Below are positions 41,301 through 54,900 of a DNA stretch of 64,000 nt, in pieces. Every line of letters starts with the position of its first letter. The stretch's first letter is position 1. The notes under the pieces were generated by a model that saw nothing but the letters and a program-made list of their open reading frames with translations, was not told the DNA's origin and did no database searches. The position numbers were made by a program, and so were the translations under genes. Source of the DNA: Gordius albopunctatus (lineage: Eukaryota); contig OZ193910.1 of the NCBI GenBank assembly GCA_964276515.1, forward strand, positions 8,618,001 through 8,682,000. The letters are read 5' to 3'.

Positions 41301-44300
41301 AAACAGTTCAACAAGAAAGTTAAGAATTGGAATTCCTTTCAGTCTTTATATTTGGATGCCCATTTGTTTGGCTCAAACGCCATATTAGACATTTGTGGAT
41401 CTCGTGTGCCAATCGAAGTCTCGCCATGGATGCGAAAACCCTTACTAATAGGACATGTTCGTAAAAGAAATCAAATACAAAGATGCTACCTATATTTTAC
41501 TACATCCCCACAAACAAAATTAGGGTTCACCCTCATGGTAAATAAATTTGTTTAATATATAATCCTCATAATTAGCAATCCTCTTTTACAAATTCCTATA
41601 GAAAAAGCTCTCTTAAGGTGTTTGACAATTACCCATTTAGTAGTGTTAGTATGATTGCTGAGTTAAATGCCACCAACCCTGGGATTATGGTAATGTTTAA
41701 ATCACAACTCAACAAGCTTGGAATTCTTATGGAAATAAACCCTGGAGATGTTGACCAATGGATAGGCCAAATTATAACGATCCCGTCCACTCTATATTTC
41801 AGTATATAATTACGAGAAAAATGTGTTAATTTGAACCTTTAATGCTATGGTTCTATTTATTAATAATTTGTTAGAGGGAATTTTTATACTAACATTCAAT
41901 ATATTGTCTTAAATTCCCTAATCATTTTAATTATCGACAGGTTATTTAAACTATATTCTTTGAATTAATTTTGATATAGAACCTACTAGTCATGAAATTC
42001 AGTCATTGAATATTGAAAGAAATGAATTAGGCGCACTTAATTATGTTAGTCTGGGAGAATTCACACCAACTATCCATATATCGAAAAATAATTTTTTGTA
42101 CAATGGGATACATGCTTTAAATTTTTCTCTTCCTCAACCGATCGTATCCATAAACGTTCAAGTAAATTACAATTATGACATAGCATATGAATAAATTTAG
42201 AATGCCGAGAGTGTTAAGCTTACAAACAATTATTTTTATGGCAACAAAGGAAACACATTTAAAATCCAATCCCAATTTGATTCGGATGTTAAGTTTCTTA
42301 ACACTATTATATCAAACAATGTTTTTGCTAACAATATGTACGGTACTATAATGAATATAGTTGGAACGTCCCCCTTTAATATAAATCAATTCGTATATTT
42401 TTCGGAGTGCATTATAAGAAATAATTATTCACCCCTTTCGGAACTTATAAAAGTGTCTCAAGCATTACTAAATATGTCACACAACTTAGTTCAAAATAAT
42501 ACTGCGAGAAATCACATATTATACACTTATGGATTTAACAGAATTATTCCTCATTCCCCTCAAATAATTGGCAAAAATTACCTTTTGGACAATACTGTTA
42601 TCTATCAAAAACAGTTTAAGAACCAAGATCTCGTATCTAATCTAACTGCATTTTATTTTCAAAACATTGATTATGAAACTATCGTATCATCAACAATATT
42701 TGCTGGAAATGCATTTCAAAACTATTTAAATAATTACATATACAATCCCAAAAATATGTATGAATTGGCCACTAACATAGCAAAGTATAATATATAATTT
42801 AGATATAACTATTAATTAGTAACGATATATGGGGTGGTCCAGTAATGGCCCAAAATAATTGGTGGGGTTCAAATCATCATGCAGCCATATCAGGACGAAT
42901 CAAAGATAGAGAGGATGATGTCAATTTAAAGCCTGCAATTACTCGTCCCTTTTTGAGTTCGAACTCTTCCATCCTTGAAGGTTATTAATTTAGTTAATAT
43001 TTAATAAAAACTTAGGTGAATGTCCGCCAGGTTGGTATCACGAAGATAACAACTTTTGTTATGTTTACGTCGGGGGAGTCATGAAATATATTGACGCTTA
43101 TAAATTTTGCAATGATCTTGGTGGAACTATACCTTATATAATTGCCGACCAGAGTGTTTTAATCATTTTTAGGAATAAACACCAGTACTCGCCACAATCA
43201 AAAAACTCAATATGGATCCAGAAGCAACCTAGTTCCTACCTTAAAAATTATGATAAATGCTATGCACAAGTGGATGAAGCAATTGAAGATTACTCTTGTT
43301 CAAGAAAGCTTCCATTTGTCTGCGAAATAAGTATGTTATAAGTATTTTTAAATATCTTATAATGCTATTAGTGCCCCTGTCAAAATTATCAATTATGGGA
43401 TGGATGGGGAACTCGGTTAATCTATACATTATACTAATAATCATTCTTGTGATATCATTGGTGAGTTCTGCTTTAATGTGCTGGAAATGCAAATCAAAGC
43501 AACGTAAAAAAGAGGCTTTCGTGAGAAGTAATTCAATGAGGTCATCAATTAGATCTACACGCTCTTTAAATAGCAATGGGACGGTTGGAATCAATAATAA
43601 AAAGATCTCCACATATGGCAATAGAAATTTATATAAAAACAAACAGCCTAATAAGATAAATAGTTACGATTTATATTCACTAACAACATTAACTACTATT
43701 TCGGAAGCTGGTTTCCGCGAAAATGCTCCATCCGTACTAAATGACAACAATTTTATGCAAGATGATAATGATATTATATCAGAAACAGGAACTAATTTGT
43801 CCCCGAATGAAACTAGTTATGCCAATTATGGTCAAATGAATAACAATCATACCATTCCTTATTCATTTAATAGGCATATAAATGAAAACTTTTATGAAAA
43901 TATATCTAAAGCTAAGTTAATACAACCTTGTACAGATCCATATGATAGTTGTAGTGGGCAAAGCGGCACAATATTAATCCAATCCCCAGTCTTAAATCAT
44001 ATTGGTCGAAATAAAACGAAAAATGTTGATGCAAATATAATAGAAAACACCAAAAAGAGCTATGCTGATATAATATATCGTCCGGAAAAATTGATTTTAA
44101 AGCCAAAATCTCTAAAGGATAAGGATATATCAAAAACTGAAGACGAAGGCAATGAGATGAAAACCAATAATTTTCCATTACTACCATTACTAACTTCTGG
44201 CATTAATGATAGCGCATATGATTCTAATGGGAGTAAAGATAATTTTTTTAGAGATAAGACATCATCCGATATAAGTTATCATTCACAAAGACAGGTTCCA

Positions 44301-44729
44301 TGTGATAATACAACAGCTATCGAAAATAATACTTTAAGCAAAAATTCCAATAATAACAAACCAAACGTTCCCTTTCAAAATATACGATTTTCGACAATTA
44401 ATAAAAATAAGAAATATATCTATGAAGATCAAAACCAGTATAGTGTAGCTGATTCAACACATACTTTACACCAACTAAAGGACTCAGACCCAGTAAATCA
44501 TTCTGAAAAAGAAGAAGAGCAAGATGAAACGTTTTTAAACTTACATCCAAATAAACATTATGACAATAATACAAACTCTTATTCTCATACATTTTGTAAT
44601 ACAAATCGATCAAAAAATCAATTAAACTCTTTACTTGACGATGAACCTGAAGAAAGGCTATGTACAAAACATATAAAAACGAACACTTCCGATTTAGGAT
44701 CAAATAAAGTTATAGAATCTGATGTCTGA
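29305..44729 (+). CDS. bark: Protein bark beetle/anakonda-like: type I membrane protein with three SRCR + CUB-like + beta-helix repeats, C-type lectin, TM segment and long cytoplasmic tail, ~3315 aa
   Basis: Exons 29305-29580, 32676-32851, 33161-33396, 33588-34052, 34096-34304, 34543-34834, 35024-37027, 37524-38327, 38424-38559, 38599-38873, 38914-40495, 40871-41537, 41576-41801, 41980-42161, 42201-42784, 42820-42980, 43016-43330, 43372-44729 (9948 nt, in frame). Likely signal peptide. Three (SP/GV)YxVxxDI modules, each followed by SRCR (VRLTDG..GRLQI; WGTVCNKGW..VCRSLG; IRLNG..EGFLEY). CTL CPPGW..LPFVCE. TM LYIILIIILVISLVSSALMCW. Confidence 0.88.
31864..32563. mobile_element. hAT-type MITE(s) in bark intron 1
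   Basis: CATGTGCCTAGCCAG / CTGGCTATGTCCATG termini with a near-TSD TTAATAAC/TTTATAAC. A second right end lies at ~32419. Confidence 0.55.
37115..37289. mobile_element. 175-bp hAT-type MITE in bark intron 7
   Basis: CATAGGCGTAGTCAGG / CCTGGCTAGGCCCATT termini, 8-bp TSD GTTCATAT. Confidence 0.8.
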
Positions 44730-45309
44730 TCTCATGATGCTCATACTTCACGTTTTTTTATTCTTATTAAATGTAATCTCAAACAATGTATAAAACTATG
44801 TACATATTATCTAAATATTGTTTGAGCCCAAAATGTTTTTTGTGCTATATACAAATAAAAGCAAATTAGTTTTTAACTTAATAAAATGTTTATTTTATTT
44901 ATAAATAACGTATAACGAATAGGGCGTTTTTCCAAAAATAATATAATATTATCTCTATCTATATGAATACGATATTTTTTAACACACCTAGTTATTAAGG
45001 TATATAATATAAATCATAAAATATCGTATGATGCAAAAGGGGAGGGGTAATCTTTCGACAAGTTCATTCACTTCCTTTTTAAAAAAGTGCCGTCCGCCTC
45101 TTCATCAGCACCCACTGAAAGCAAATTTTCCTCCATTAATATGTGTATCCGAAGCTGTTATGCTATTAGGCGTCGTATAGTTGGGAGCTATACCTATAGC
45201 AGGGTTTAGGTTTCAGAAGTGGATACCACCGTGCCCGAGCTGATGTGCGCAATAGAAGCTACACGTCGTGTTGCATAAGATAACACGTTTTCCAGGAGCA
45301 CGTTCAACG

Positions 45310-45580
45310 TTACTGTTGTAGCTCTAACTCGCTCTTTCTTTTCCCATTCAAAAAAATCACGTGTACCATTTCCCAAGGTCCTCTAGGTTGAGGCCATCTA
45401 GCAGCTTGATTTCTACGAGGCATTGGAGCATTAGACTTGCATAAATCACATTGTCTAATCCGCTCTTCAGTGTTTTTCGATATTCCAGGCCACCAAACAT
45501 ACTGTCTGGCGAAAGCTTTCATTTTAACCATACCAAAATGTCCCTTATGTAACATTTCTAAAATTGCCGGTTTAAGTACA
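45310..45580 (-). mobile_element. Gypsy integrase zinc-binding (H2C2) fragment
   Basis: LHKGHFGMVKMKAFARQYVWWPGI..CDLC..WP.PRGPWEMVH. Confidence 0.85.
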
Positions 45581-45584
45581 GTAT

Positions 45585-46295
45585 GCTCCTCAAATTGGGT
45601 GTTTGGAATCAGAGAAAGACATATTCTTTAATTCATTGGAAAAATAAATACAAGGAATAAGACAGGAAGAAAGGTTAATTATTGGGGCAGATTTCAGCGC
45701 CTGCGTAGGGAAAGATCGCCTCGGGTATGAATAACGCAATCATGGAGGCTATGAGCATGGTCTGAAGAATAAAGAAGGGGAAAAGTTTCTCCAAGTATTC
45801 CAAGCATATGACATGGCGATCGAACACCTATTTTCAAAAACGCGAAGATCATATTTGTGACCTATAGAAGTGGGAAGCATTTTAGTCGAATTGACTATTT
45901 GCTTATACGATGAAAGGAATTATGGAGTATCAAGGATTGAAAAGTAATACCGGGAGAAGAAATCGCCAGGCAACATCGTCCCCTTGTTATGGATCTTCAC
46001 AGAAGAGTATTTCCCGAGAGAAGAAAGGTATATGAACCTCGAATTCGATACGAAAGGCTAAAGGATACGTCGACAAACGAAGAATACCCTCAAACGTTGC
46101 AAAGGGACGTAGACGACGAGTGGGAGACGCTATCTAAGGACATTAAGGAAACGGACAGACAAAGGAGGCAAAGCTATGAATAGGGAACTATGGTCGTGGG
46201 ATCAATCGGTTAAAGATATCATTGAAAGAAAGGAAAATTTATATAGACGGTGGCATAAATCAAAAAAGTCGGAGGATTCTCAAAAGTACAGGGAC
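45585..46295 (+). mobile_element. RTE endonuclease-region fragment
   Basis: YAPQIG, IGADF, SRIDY, QHRPLVMD; DNA is highly similar to 48470-49520. Confidence 0.85.
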
Positions 46296-46874
46296 GCACA
46301 ATCTAGTAAAATTTAAACCGAGATCTCGACTATAAAATATCGTGTAGTCTCGTCTCGTGTTCAAAATTCTCGTGTCACGCTCACGAGACCGAGATTCTTC
46401 TCTTTTCATTACTCCTGTGTGGCGTGGTAAGGGATTTAGCCGCGACAAATTTATTTTTGTTGAAGCCTTTCTTTGCACAAAACTGTTACCATTTTTTGAA
46501 ACATTTGCTCTAGATTATGCGTATCCTCTGTCCAATCTTTCTTAAAATTTACATAATTTTGACACCTTTTTCTACGAGCCGACAAATAATATAAATAAAA
46601 TTCTATTTCAACACAAGCCATCACACTTGTAGATGCATGCGGTTTAATCAGCTAGATCTTTTCATTATAAACCTGGTTTGTTATTATCATTTATGAAATT
46701 TGCTATAATGTAAATTTAACACTATATAATCCTTTTTGAATTTTAAAGTTTACAACAAGAATATTATAACATAAAGGGAAATATAAGCCATGCAATTGAA
46801 ACACATTCATTTAAAATAACGTAAATGATGTACATAATATATTTTACCACTCCCATTTAAGAGCATAATTGGCT

Positions 46875-47908
46875 TGTAGCGTTGCGTCCATTACCTCGCG
46901 ACGTTAATTGACCAATCACAAACACCTCGAGGACTCAACACTAAATTTAATTGTTTATTCAATTAATGCGCGATTATATAAAAGCACTTATTTTTCTCAA
47001 AAGACACTTGCTTTTTTATTTGGATATTTAATAAAACACTTATTACATTAATTGGTACATATACACATCCCGACATTGGTGACCCCGTTCGGGGGAGCCA
47101 TATATTTTTTTTAAAAACTCTCCCTGAATACGCCCTTAAATATTAGGCACTATTTTTGGCAATCCGGCATCCACGATCGAGCTGCAACAAAACTTCAACC
47201 TCTTAACACCTCTAGCAATACGTGTCTGACTGCTGTGACAAGTTGCCTACCTACCTGTGTGTTTTTACGAGGAAAAACATGATGTTCTACTACACCTCTA
47301 CATAGACAACAACAACGTCTGCCGAACGCCCGTCCACTGCTGCGCATGGCCCTAATCACAAAACCCATCTCAACATCAACACCACATGGCCTCTTGCAAC
47401 GAGCAAAGACTACGTTCGGCAAAACAATGACACCTACTACCAACGTTCTCACCACCGCTTACCGGTTTAGTTGATGACCGATTGCAATTCCAATATAGAT
47501 ACCTCTGCCCGCGGCATGTATCTTATTAATATATTGGATAGCACCACAACAACATACACGCAACTCACACCTCGGTCATCTCACTAACAACCACGGTAGG
47601 TGGAAACAAAACTTGCTGGTAGTACGAACATCCTTTACACATACTTTACATCAACCAAAAAAATTTTCAATTTTAAGTTACGCTCCACGTCTACGAAGGG
47701 GACTATTTGTAGCGTTACGTGCATTACCTCGCGAAGTTAATTGACCAATCACAAATACCTCGAGCACTCAACACTAAATTTAATTGTTTATTCAATTAAT
47801 GCGCGATTATATAAAAGCACTTATTTTTCTCAAAAGACACTTGCTCTTTTATTTGGATATTTAATAAAACACTTATTACATTAATTGGTACATATACACA
47901 TCCCGACA
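46875..47908 (+). mobile_element. 1034-bp non-autonomous LTR element (TRIM-like)
   Basis: 201-bp LTRs at 46875-47075 and 47708-47908 (TG..CA, ~6 mismatches by eye). PBS TGGTGACCCCG (tRNA-Trp-like), PPT GAAGGGGGA, 4-bp TSD GGCT. No gag/pol ORF. Confidence 0.92.
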
Positions 47909-48129
47909 GGCTCCTAAGCTTTTTATGTGTCAGTAAGGCTTTTATCTTCAACGTAAAGCTATCTTAAAAATTTTCTTTTATTTATTTTATCTACACGATA
48001 GTTACCAAAATTTGGTTAAAATATTTGCACAAATGTCTACGTGTCTTGGCGTCGGGTGGGAAACCGGTTATAAAAACCAACTCCAAAATCGTGATATTTT
48101 CAAAAAAAAATTAAATAGAAATCTCAGGC

Positions 48130-51100
48130 GTTATCCACGACGCGCACTGCATACCACCAATGAGCAAAAATACACTAGGGTTAACGAAGGCGATTAAGGA
48201 AATTAGTTGTAGAAAGAATGCGAATAACGTGTTAGAATATGGGAACGTTGACGGGGATGAGCATCAAGGCCGCACAAAGGCTAAAAAGAAGAAAGGTACA
48301 CATCACCTGCCTACAAGAGACGTGGTGGAAGAGAACCTACGCTCTGGAGTTAGGAGAAGTTCTAAGCGAATCGTTAAAGGACAAGGTGGGTGAAGTCAAG
48401 CGTTGTTCAGACAGGCCAATGTGGGTGAAGATTGCAGATCAAGGGGGTTTCCTAACTCTTATGTGCGCGTTTGCTCCCCAAATTGGGTGTATGGAATCAG
48501 AGAAAGACATATTATTCGATTCATTGGAAAAGGAATCGCACAAAAGAAGGCCTAAGTAGGAAAAGATTGCCTCGAGTATGAACGTAATCATGGTATGGGA
48601 ATGGTCTGAAGAACATGGAAGGGGAAAACTTCTCCAAGTATCCTAAGCATAAGATATGGAGATCGATAACACCTATTTTCAAAAATGCTAAGATTATGTT
48701 GTGACTTATCGAAGTGGGAAGTATGTATGTATAAACCCTGGCGACAAACAAAATCTTAGCTAAATTGGCAAACTATGATTGAATCCCATCTGACACCATT
48801 GATGGATCTCGGACCACGTTAACCAAAGGTTACGTGTTAAGTTGTTAGTAGGTTTGTGGTTAGTTTGTTAGTACGTAAATTCGAAATTTATTATTGTGCT
48901 AATAGCAGGAATCATTAAAGTAAAAGCATATACATGCATGCGACTACTAAAACCCTATAAATAAAAGGATCGATTATCCCTTTAGACTGTGGTAAGAGGT
49001 GTAAAAGGCTCTCAATGGTTCATTAGTTTGGGCGTTAGACTCGGACTCATGCTCATGGATAGATGAAGTATGGGAAGATAAGTTATTGGGAAGCATCTTA
49101 GTCAAATTGACTATCTGCTCATAGGGCTAAAGGACTTATGTAGTATTAAGGATTGCAAAGTAATACAGAGAGAATATATCGCCAGGCAACATCGTCCCCT
49201 TGTTATGGATCTTGACAGAAGAGTATTTACCGAAAGTAGAAAGGTCTATGAACCTCGAATTTGATACGAAAGGCCAAAGGATATGTCGATGAACAAAGAA
49301 TACCAACAAAAAGCCTCCTCACTCTTGGCTGCAAGGAAGTTGCGAAGGGACGTAGACGACTATTGGGAGACGCTAACTAAGGACATAAAGAAAATAGCGA
49401 TTCGTGTTCAAGGATAGACCAAAGGAGACAAAGCTATGAATAGGGAAATATGGTGGTGGGATTAATCGGTTAGGGATTTCATGGAAGACAGAAAATCTAT
49501 ATACACGGTGGCATAGATCAAAAAAGTTGGAGCATTATTAAGAGTATAAGGAGGCTAAGAGAGCCGCAAAAAAGGCCGTTGCAAAAGCGAAGAATGCCGC
49601 GTACACCGAGATGGTCAACAAACCGGATCATAAAGGGGATGATAGGCTTATGTACAAATTGGCCAAGATAAGGAAGGAGAAAAGTCGCGATGTCGTAGTT
49701 CTTAAAATAGTCAAAAACGAGAAGGGCCAAACCTTATTCAAGCTGGAGGTAGTGATGGGAAGGATATTTTAAGAAACTTATGAATATTACAAATGACGAA
49801 AATTCCCTTCCCGATATCGAGCCAAACATAAGTATGGTCGAACATTTTCAAGAGGATGAAGTTACGACACACATGAACAAGATGCAAAAGGAAAAGCTAA
49901 TGGCCCATATGGAATACCTATGGAAGCATTGTTCGGATGTCGGGAAGAAGTCATCTCCATGACGAAGCTCCTTAACAAGATATTGGTAGAAGAGCGAATT
50001 CCTACAAGCACGATTATGGCCTTATTTAAAGGCAAAGGAGACCCTCAGGAATGTGTCAATTACAGAGGTATCAAGCTAAATTGCCACTCCTTGAAGCTTA
50101 TGGAAAGGATCTTAGTAACACGGCTGAAAAATCAGGTGGAAATATCTGCTAATTAATTCGGATTTATGGCCGGCAAATCCACAATCGACCTAATCTTCAC
50201 ACTAAGACAAATGATGGATAAATATGGTGAAAAGAGGAAAGACCTACATATGGTTTTTATCGACTTGGAGAAAGCTTATGACACGGTCCCCCGCGATTTA
50301 ATATGGTGGTGCCTGAGGAAACAAAATATCCCTGACGCATATATACGGCTTATGGAAAATATCTATGAAGCCTCAAACTCTTGCGTTATGACGACTGTTG
50401 GAGACTCTAAACCTTTTCGGGTTAGTATTGGATTACATCAAAGATCTGCTTTACGTCCCTTTTTTAAATATAATTAAAGACACGATAACGAGGGACATTC
50501 AAAAGTCATCGACATGGTGTATGCTATATGCCGATGATATAGTACTGTGCCAGGAAACAAGGGAGAAAGTATTCGAAGAAGCTGAAAAGTGGTCAAAGGG
50601 CTTAGCTGGAAATGGTTTAAAGGTCAACGATCGAAAAACGGTATACATGGAAATGAACGATACAGGCACGCCATTGCTGGATGACCATCTAAACTACCCA
50701 AAAGTAGACAGGTTTACTTACCTCGGCTCGATGCTGCATCAAGAGGGAGGTTGCGCAACGTAAGTCAATGCAGGGATCCAAAAAGGATTGCTTAAATGGC
50801 GAAGTATATCCGGTGTAATGTGCGACAAGAAAATGCCAATATGGTTGAAGAGCAAAGCTTACAAATCCATCGTAAGACCGGTGTTACTCTATGGAAGTGA
50901 AACATGGGCATTAAACACCAAGGAATTAAAGCTATTACAAGCCACAGAGATGAGAATGATACGGTGGAGCTTGGGGTATACTAAGCTCGACCATATGACG
51001 AATGACTTTTCATGACAAAAATGGGTATTCAATCTATGGCGGACATGATTAACGAAAATCGGCTTAGGTGGTATGGGCATATGCTAAGAAGGGACACGGA

Positions 51101-51625
51101 TGACGTAAATCGAAAAGTACTGGACATGGAGGTACCGGGGAAGAGAGGAAGAGGCGACCCCGTGTCACGTGGAAAGGGCAAGTCGATAAAATTATGGAAG
51201 CTGCTGTAGCTCGCCTTTTCCCACGCTCGCTATCACACACTCTTACCCATTAATTAACTCATTAGTTCTTTTCCCTTTTAGTTAATATTCCCACACACTC
51301 TCCCACTAATTATAATATCATTAGTTACTAGACGTTAGGATTACATCATCCATCATTTGAGTTTTGTACTTGTAAACAAGTTCACCTTCGTTATTCTAAG
51401 TACATTTATTATTCACACGCTTTTCGATATATATTACCAATTTATCGTATAAATTCATTTCGGTATTTTTTCGCACTTATATTTCTTCTTACTTTTCGCG
51501 AAACTATAAAAGAAACTAAAGAGATTATCATTAGTCAAGACATGGCACTCACCCGGTCAAGATGGAAGAAACTTATCAAAACAAACCCCACGAATGTGGG
51601 ACCAAATAACTGATAAAGAAGAAGA
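48130..51625 (+). mobile_element. Decayed RTE-clade LINE (second family) with two insertions
   Basis: CLQETWW, AFAPQ, NYRGIKL, FIDLEKAYD, LYADD, LYGSETW, LRWYGH. 3' (GAA)n tail at ~51615-51625. Insertions at ~48722-49087 and ~51205-51530. Confidence 0.9.
48722..49087 (-). mobile_element. Short retroposed insertion (SINE or 5'-truncated LINE end) in the RTE
   Basis: Absent from the paralogous RTE copy at ~45870. Flanked by duplicated TGGGAAG. (CATA)n tail on the minus strand. Confidence 0.6.
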
Positions 51626-51994
51626 CGTCATGTTTTTGAAATATTTCGATTCAGTGTTGCGAAAATGATCGTTTTCGGCCCTTTTTCACGCTCTATAGAG
51701 CGAAATTGAATAGCTAAATTTTTTTAAACCTCTAAGTGGTAGAACCAACTTAGGGTAAAACATTGAAAAATGATTTTTTCCCCTATTTTTATTACTTTCT
51801 CATATATATCAAAAATGCAATTAGTCCCTATGTGAAATCGCGCCACTCTTTGAGCCTCCCTCCCTCTCTATCTAATTGGGTTAAATGACTATATAACACT
51901 ATACCCTTAGTGCATGTGAGTGATTGATGATGATAATTGTTAATAGAGAGGGAGAGATAGCTCGTATTACGCCACTACTCTACACACACCACAC

Positions 51995-54900
51995 TAGAGA
52001 TCTGCACAAATTTTAACGGGCCGGGCCCGTAAGGGCTTAAAAATTAATGGAATGGGCTTGGGTGGACCTGAAATTATTTTAAAGGGCTTGAAAGGACCAG
52101 AGATTATATAAACGGTTAAAAGCCAGGCAATTAAATAAATATTAATTTTTATTAAATATATAGATTATTTTTTTAAATATATTTTGTTTATTTGAACGTA
52201 AGAACATTATAAAAACGAAGTGTCAAAATTCGAAAAAATATAAAAGCGGGTATAAGACAAAATAAAAAAATTATAATTCAAAAATGTTGCATGTGTCATC
52301 TTGTAAAAGTGGCCAACTGTCAGCCAGAGATTTAAAATTGTACTTTGCTATAAAAAATACCAATTTTTTGTTTGAGTTAAAAATTTGTGGAATATTTAGA
52401 GGGCTGGCAGCGACGGCTAATTTTTTTAAAAAGCCTAATGGTGGCTGGACCAAAGGTCCTAGAACATGAGGCAACGATAGGGATAAAGATATTAGAGGAT
52501 AGGAGGGCCTGGTATTTAACCGTTTTTCGGTGTTGGGCGAGGGTCAGAGGGTTGTAGTTTTGGTTAGAGGGGACCAAAATGTCTATGTAGGTGAAATCCC
52601 ATTTAAGGGGTAGACTATTTTGCCAATGGATAAGGGTAGAGCCGTCTGGTCGCATCCTTCCCTCCAACGAAGGGTCTGACGGCTCTAAAACGGAGGGAAT
52701 GTTGCCTTTTTTAAAAGCGGCTTGGATAAGACTATTCACCTTTTCGTGCCTTGTGTATTTAAATTTATTGTAAAGGCAGTGTAGGGGATGCCTTGCATAA
52801 ATGTCTATGTTCTGAGAGCAGTTGCAGCAGAAATATTCCTTTGAATAGGGAATTCCTAGTCTTAGGGCGATGGAGTATGCTAGCTCTGAGTCCTCCAACA
52901 TCAATCCAGAAAGTGAGCTAGGGTAAGCTCCTAGCCACTCGTGACCCGATTCGTCAAAAACCAAAGATTTAAGGTTGAAGTACTGGCGGGCATTGCAACT
53001 CGATAAGAGGTAATCAACGGAGCGCGATACGAGGCCAGCATCCCAATCCTTTTGTTTTGAGGTTATGGGGAAGGGGGTCCCTGGGTTGACATTTACAGAC
53101 CTGACATCTATAGCTTTTACAAACAATGGATCCTCCTTTGTTGTGATTAATCGGTCGATCAGACCTTGGGCGGATTTGTACAAAGAGATAAAAGCTGCTA
53201 ATGAAATTGAGGTTATTGGTCGTATGCCTAAGCCGCCATCTTTAGTAGGTAATGAGGCTTGGAGCCACGAAGAAGTGCTGAATTTGATATTAATAATGAT
53301 GGCTTCTAGCGTGTTTTTTATAAAGCTATCGTAGCTTTTTTAAATCTCGGGTAATAAAAAGGCTGATGAGGACCGGAAGCAATGTTGAATTTTGGAGATA
53401 TTAAAAATATTTTTGATAATATAAAAAGCGTGATGTTTTGGGAGGGTATTGAGAATTTTCATTTTCAAGGAAAGAGTTGATAAGTGACTATGTAAAAACT
53501 CAATTAAGGCGAATTGCCCTACTATTGGAGAGCCTAGATGAGTTAAACTCTTCATTTCAACTTTTAAAAAGGGCTTAAAAATGGGAAATATGTTGGTATC
53601 CGGGCACTGATATATCTCGCATTTAGAGATATTCAATTTCAGGTTCGAGACGGCTTCATAATCTCGGATTAAAAGAATGGCCTTGGAGATTTCTTCCGGA
53701 GCGCCGCATAAGGTAGCATCGTCTAGGTACCAGACGTTTAATGATAAAGAGCATTGGTTTGAGAGAGATTCTGTTAAATTTTTGATCCCTAGACAAAACA
53801 AAGGTCCCTGTTGAATACCTTCTTGTGATTCGATCAAAAAGTCCCCAAACTTTAGTTTTGATATGCAACCGTAACTTAAACTGATGTAATTTGAAAACTT
53901 TGGGAACTCATCAACGAAGGAATTTATTATCGATTCTCGGCGAATATTATTAAATGCATTGGCAAAGTCTAATTTAACCATGCAGTGATTGGAGGGAATT
54001 TGTTGAATACTTATCGTCGCAGCATGACTGGCAGCCTCACAGCCGCCTTTAACCCCAAATCCTAATTGATGAGGAATTAACTTGTCGCTTAAACTGGATT
54101 TCATTGTCTAACAAATGAGTTTTTATATTATACATCGAAAAACACTGCCGATAGCAATGGGTCTTACCGAATTATCAGGTTTTTTGATAGCGATGAGTTT
54201 AGCGCCGAACAATATAGGGATTATTTCGGTAGGAATATCACCGTTGACAATTAAATTGCATAGGGACGTTATAGAGTTGAGTGAAATTGCAGCGCTCACG
54301 TTTTGGAGGTTAATCAGGTCTTGGAGGAAACCGTCAAAGCCAGCTGCAGAGTCGATGGGAAAGGAATTGATGGCTTCCCGAATGCCGGAAGAGTCTAGTT
54401 TTATAGAAGAGGCTGAGGGAGGGAGTCGATTTGCCGATGAGGATGGGGGATGTTTAGATTTGAGTTGTTGGTATGAATCAAGGGAGTAAGGAGCAATCGA
54501 GTAATTGAGGGTTAAAGTTATCAATTTTTTTAGAAATTTGTTTGGCAGTTTGCTTGAAAGTGGAGGAGTTTGGGGATTGTTTGTGCTGGGGGGGGGGGGG
54601 TATTTTTGAAAATATTATCAATATTGAAATTTAAAAAGGAGTCTTTAATATGTTTGGACAGATTTTCAACGTTGGGTCTTCTTACATATAAGGTGTAAAA
54701 GGTAAGCCTGAAAAGTTTATCCCAGTTAGTAAGATTTGAGGGAGAGTTTGTTATGGAAGTTATAAGATTGATTAAAAACTGTTGAGTAGCCGGGCGAGCA
54801 CCCCTGGAGATTCTTGAAATAGTGTTGAGGGAGGTTAATTTTGTTAACCTCTACTTTTTGTATATCCTGTAGCATTCATTCCTTTTTCAAGCGCTAAATT

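Noticed and set aside
52377..54524. Retron, DGR or other bacterial-type RT system
   Set aside because: The motif order RT, Cys/His knuckle, PD..D endonuclease matches eukaryotic CRE-like non-LTR elements. No template repeat or msr/msd is seen.
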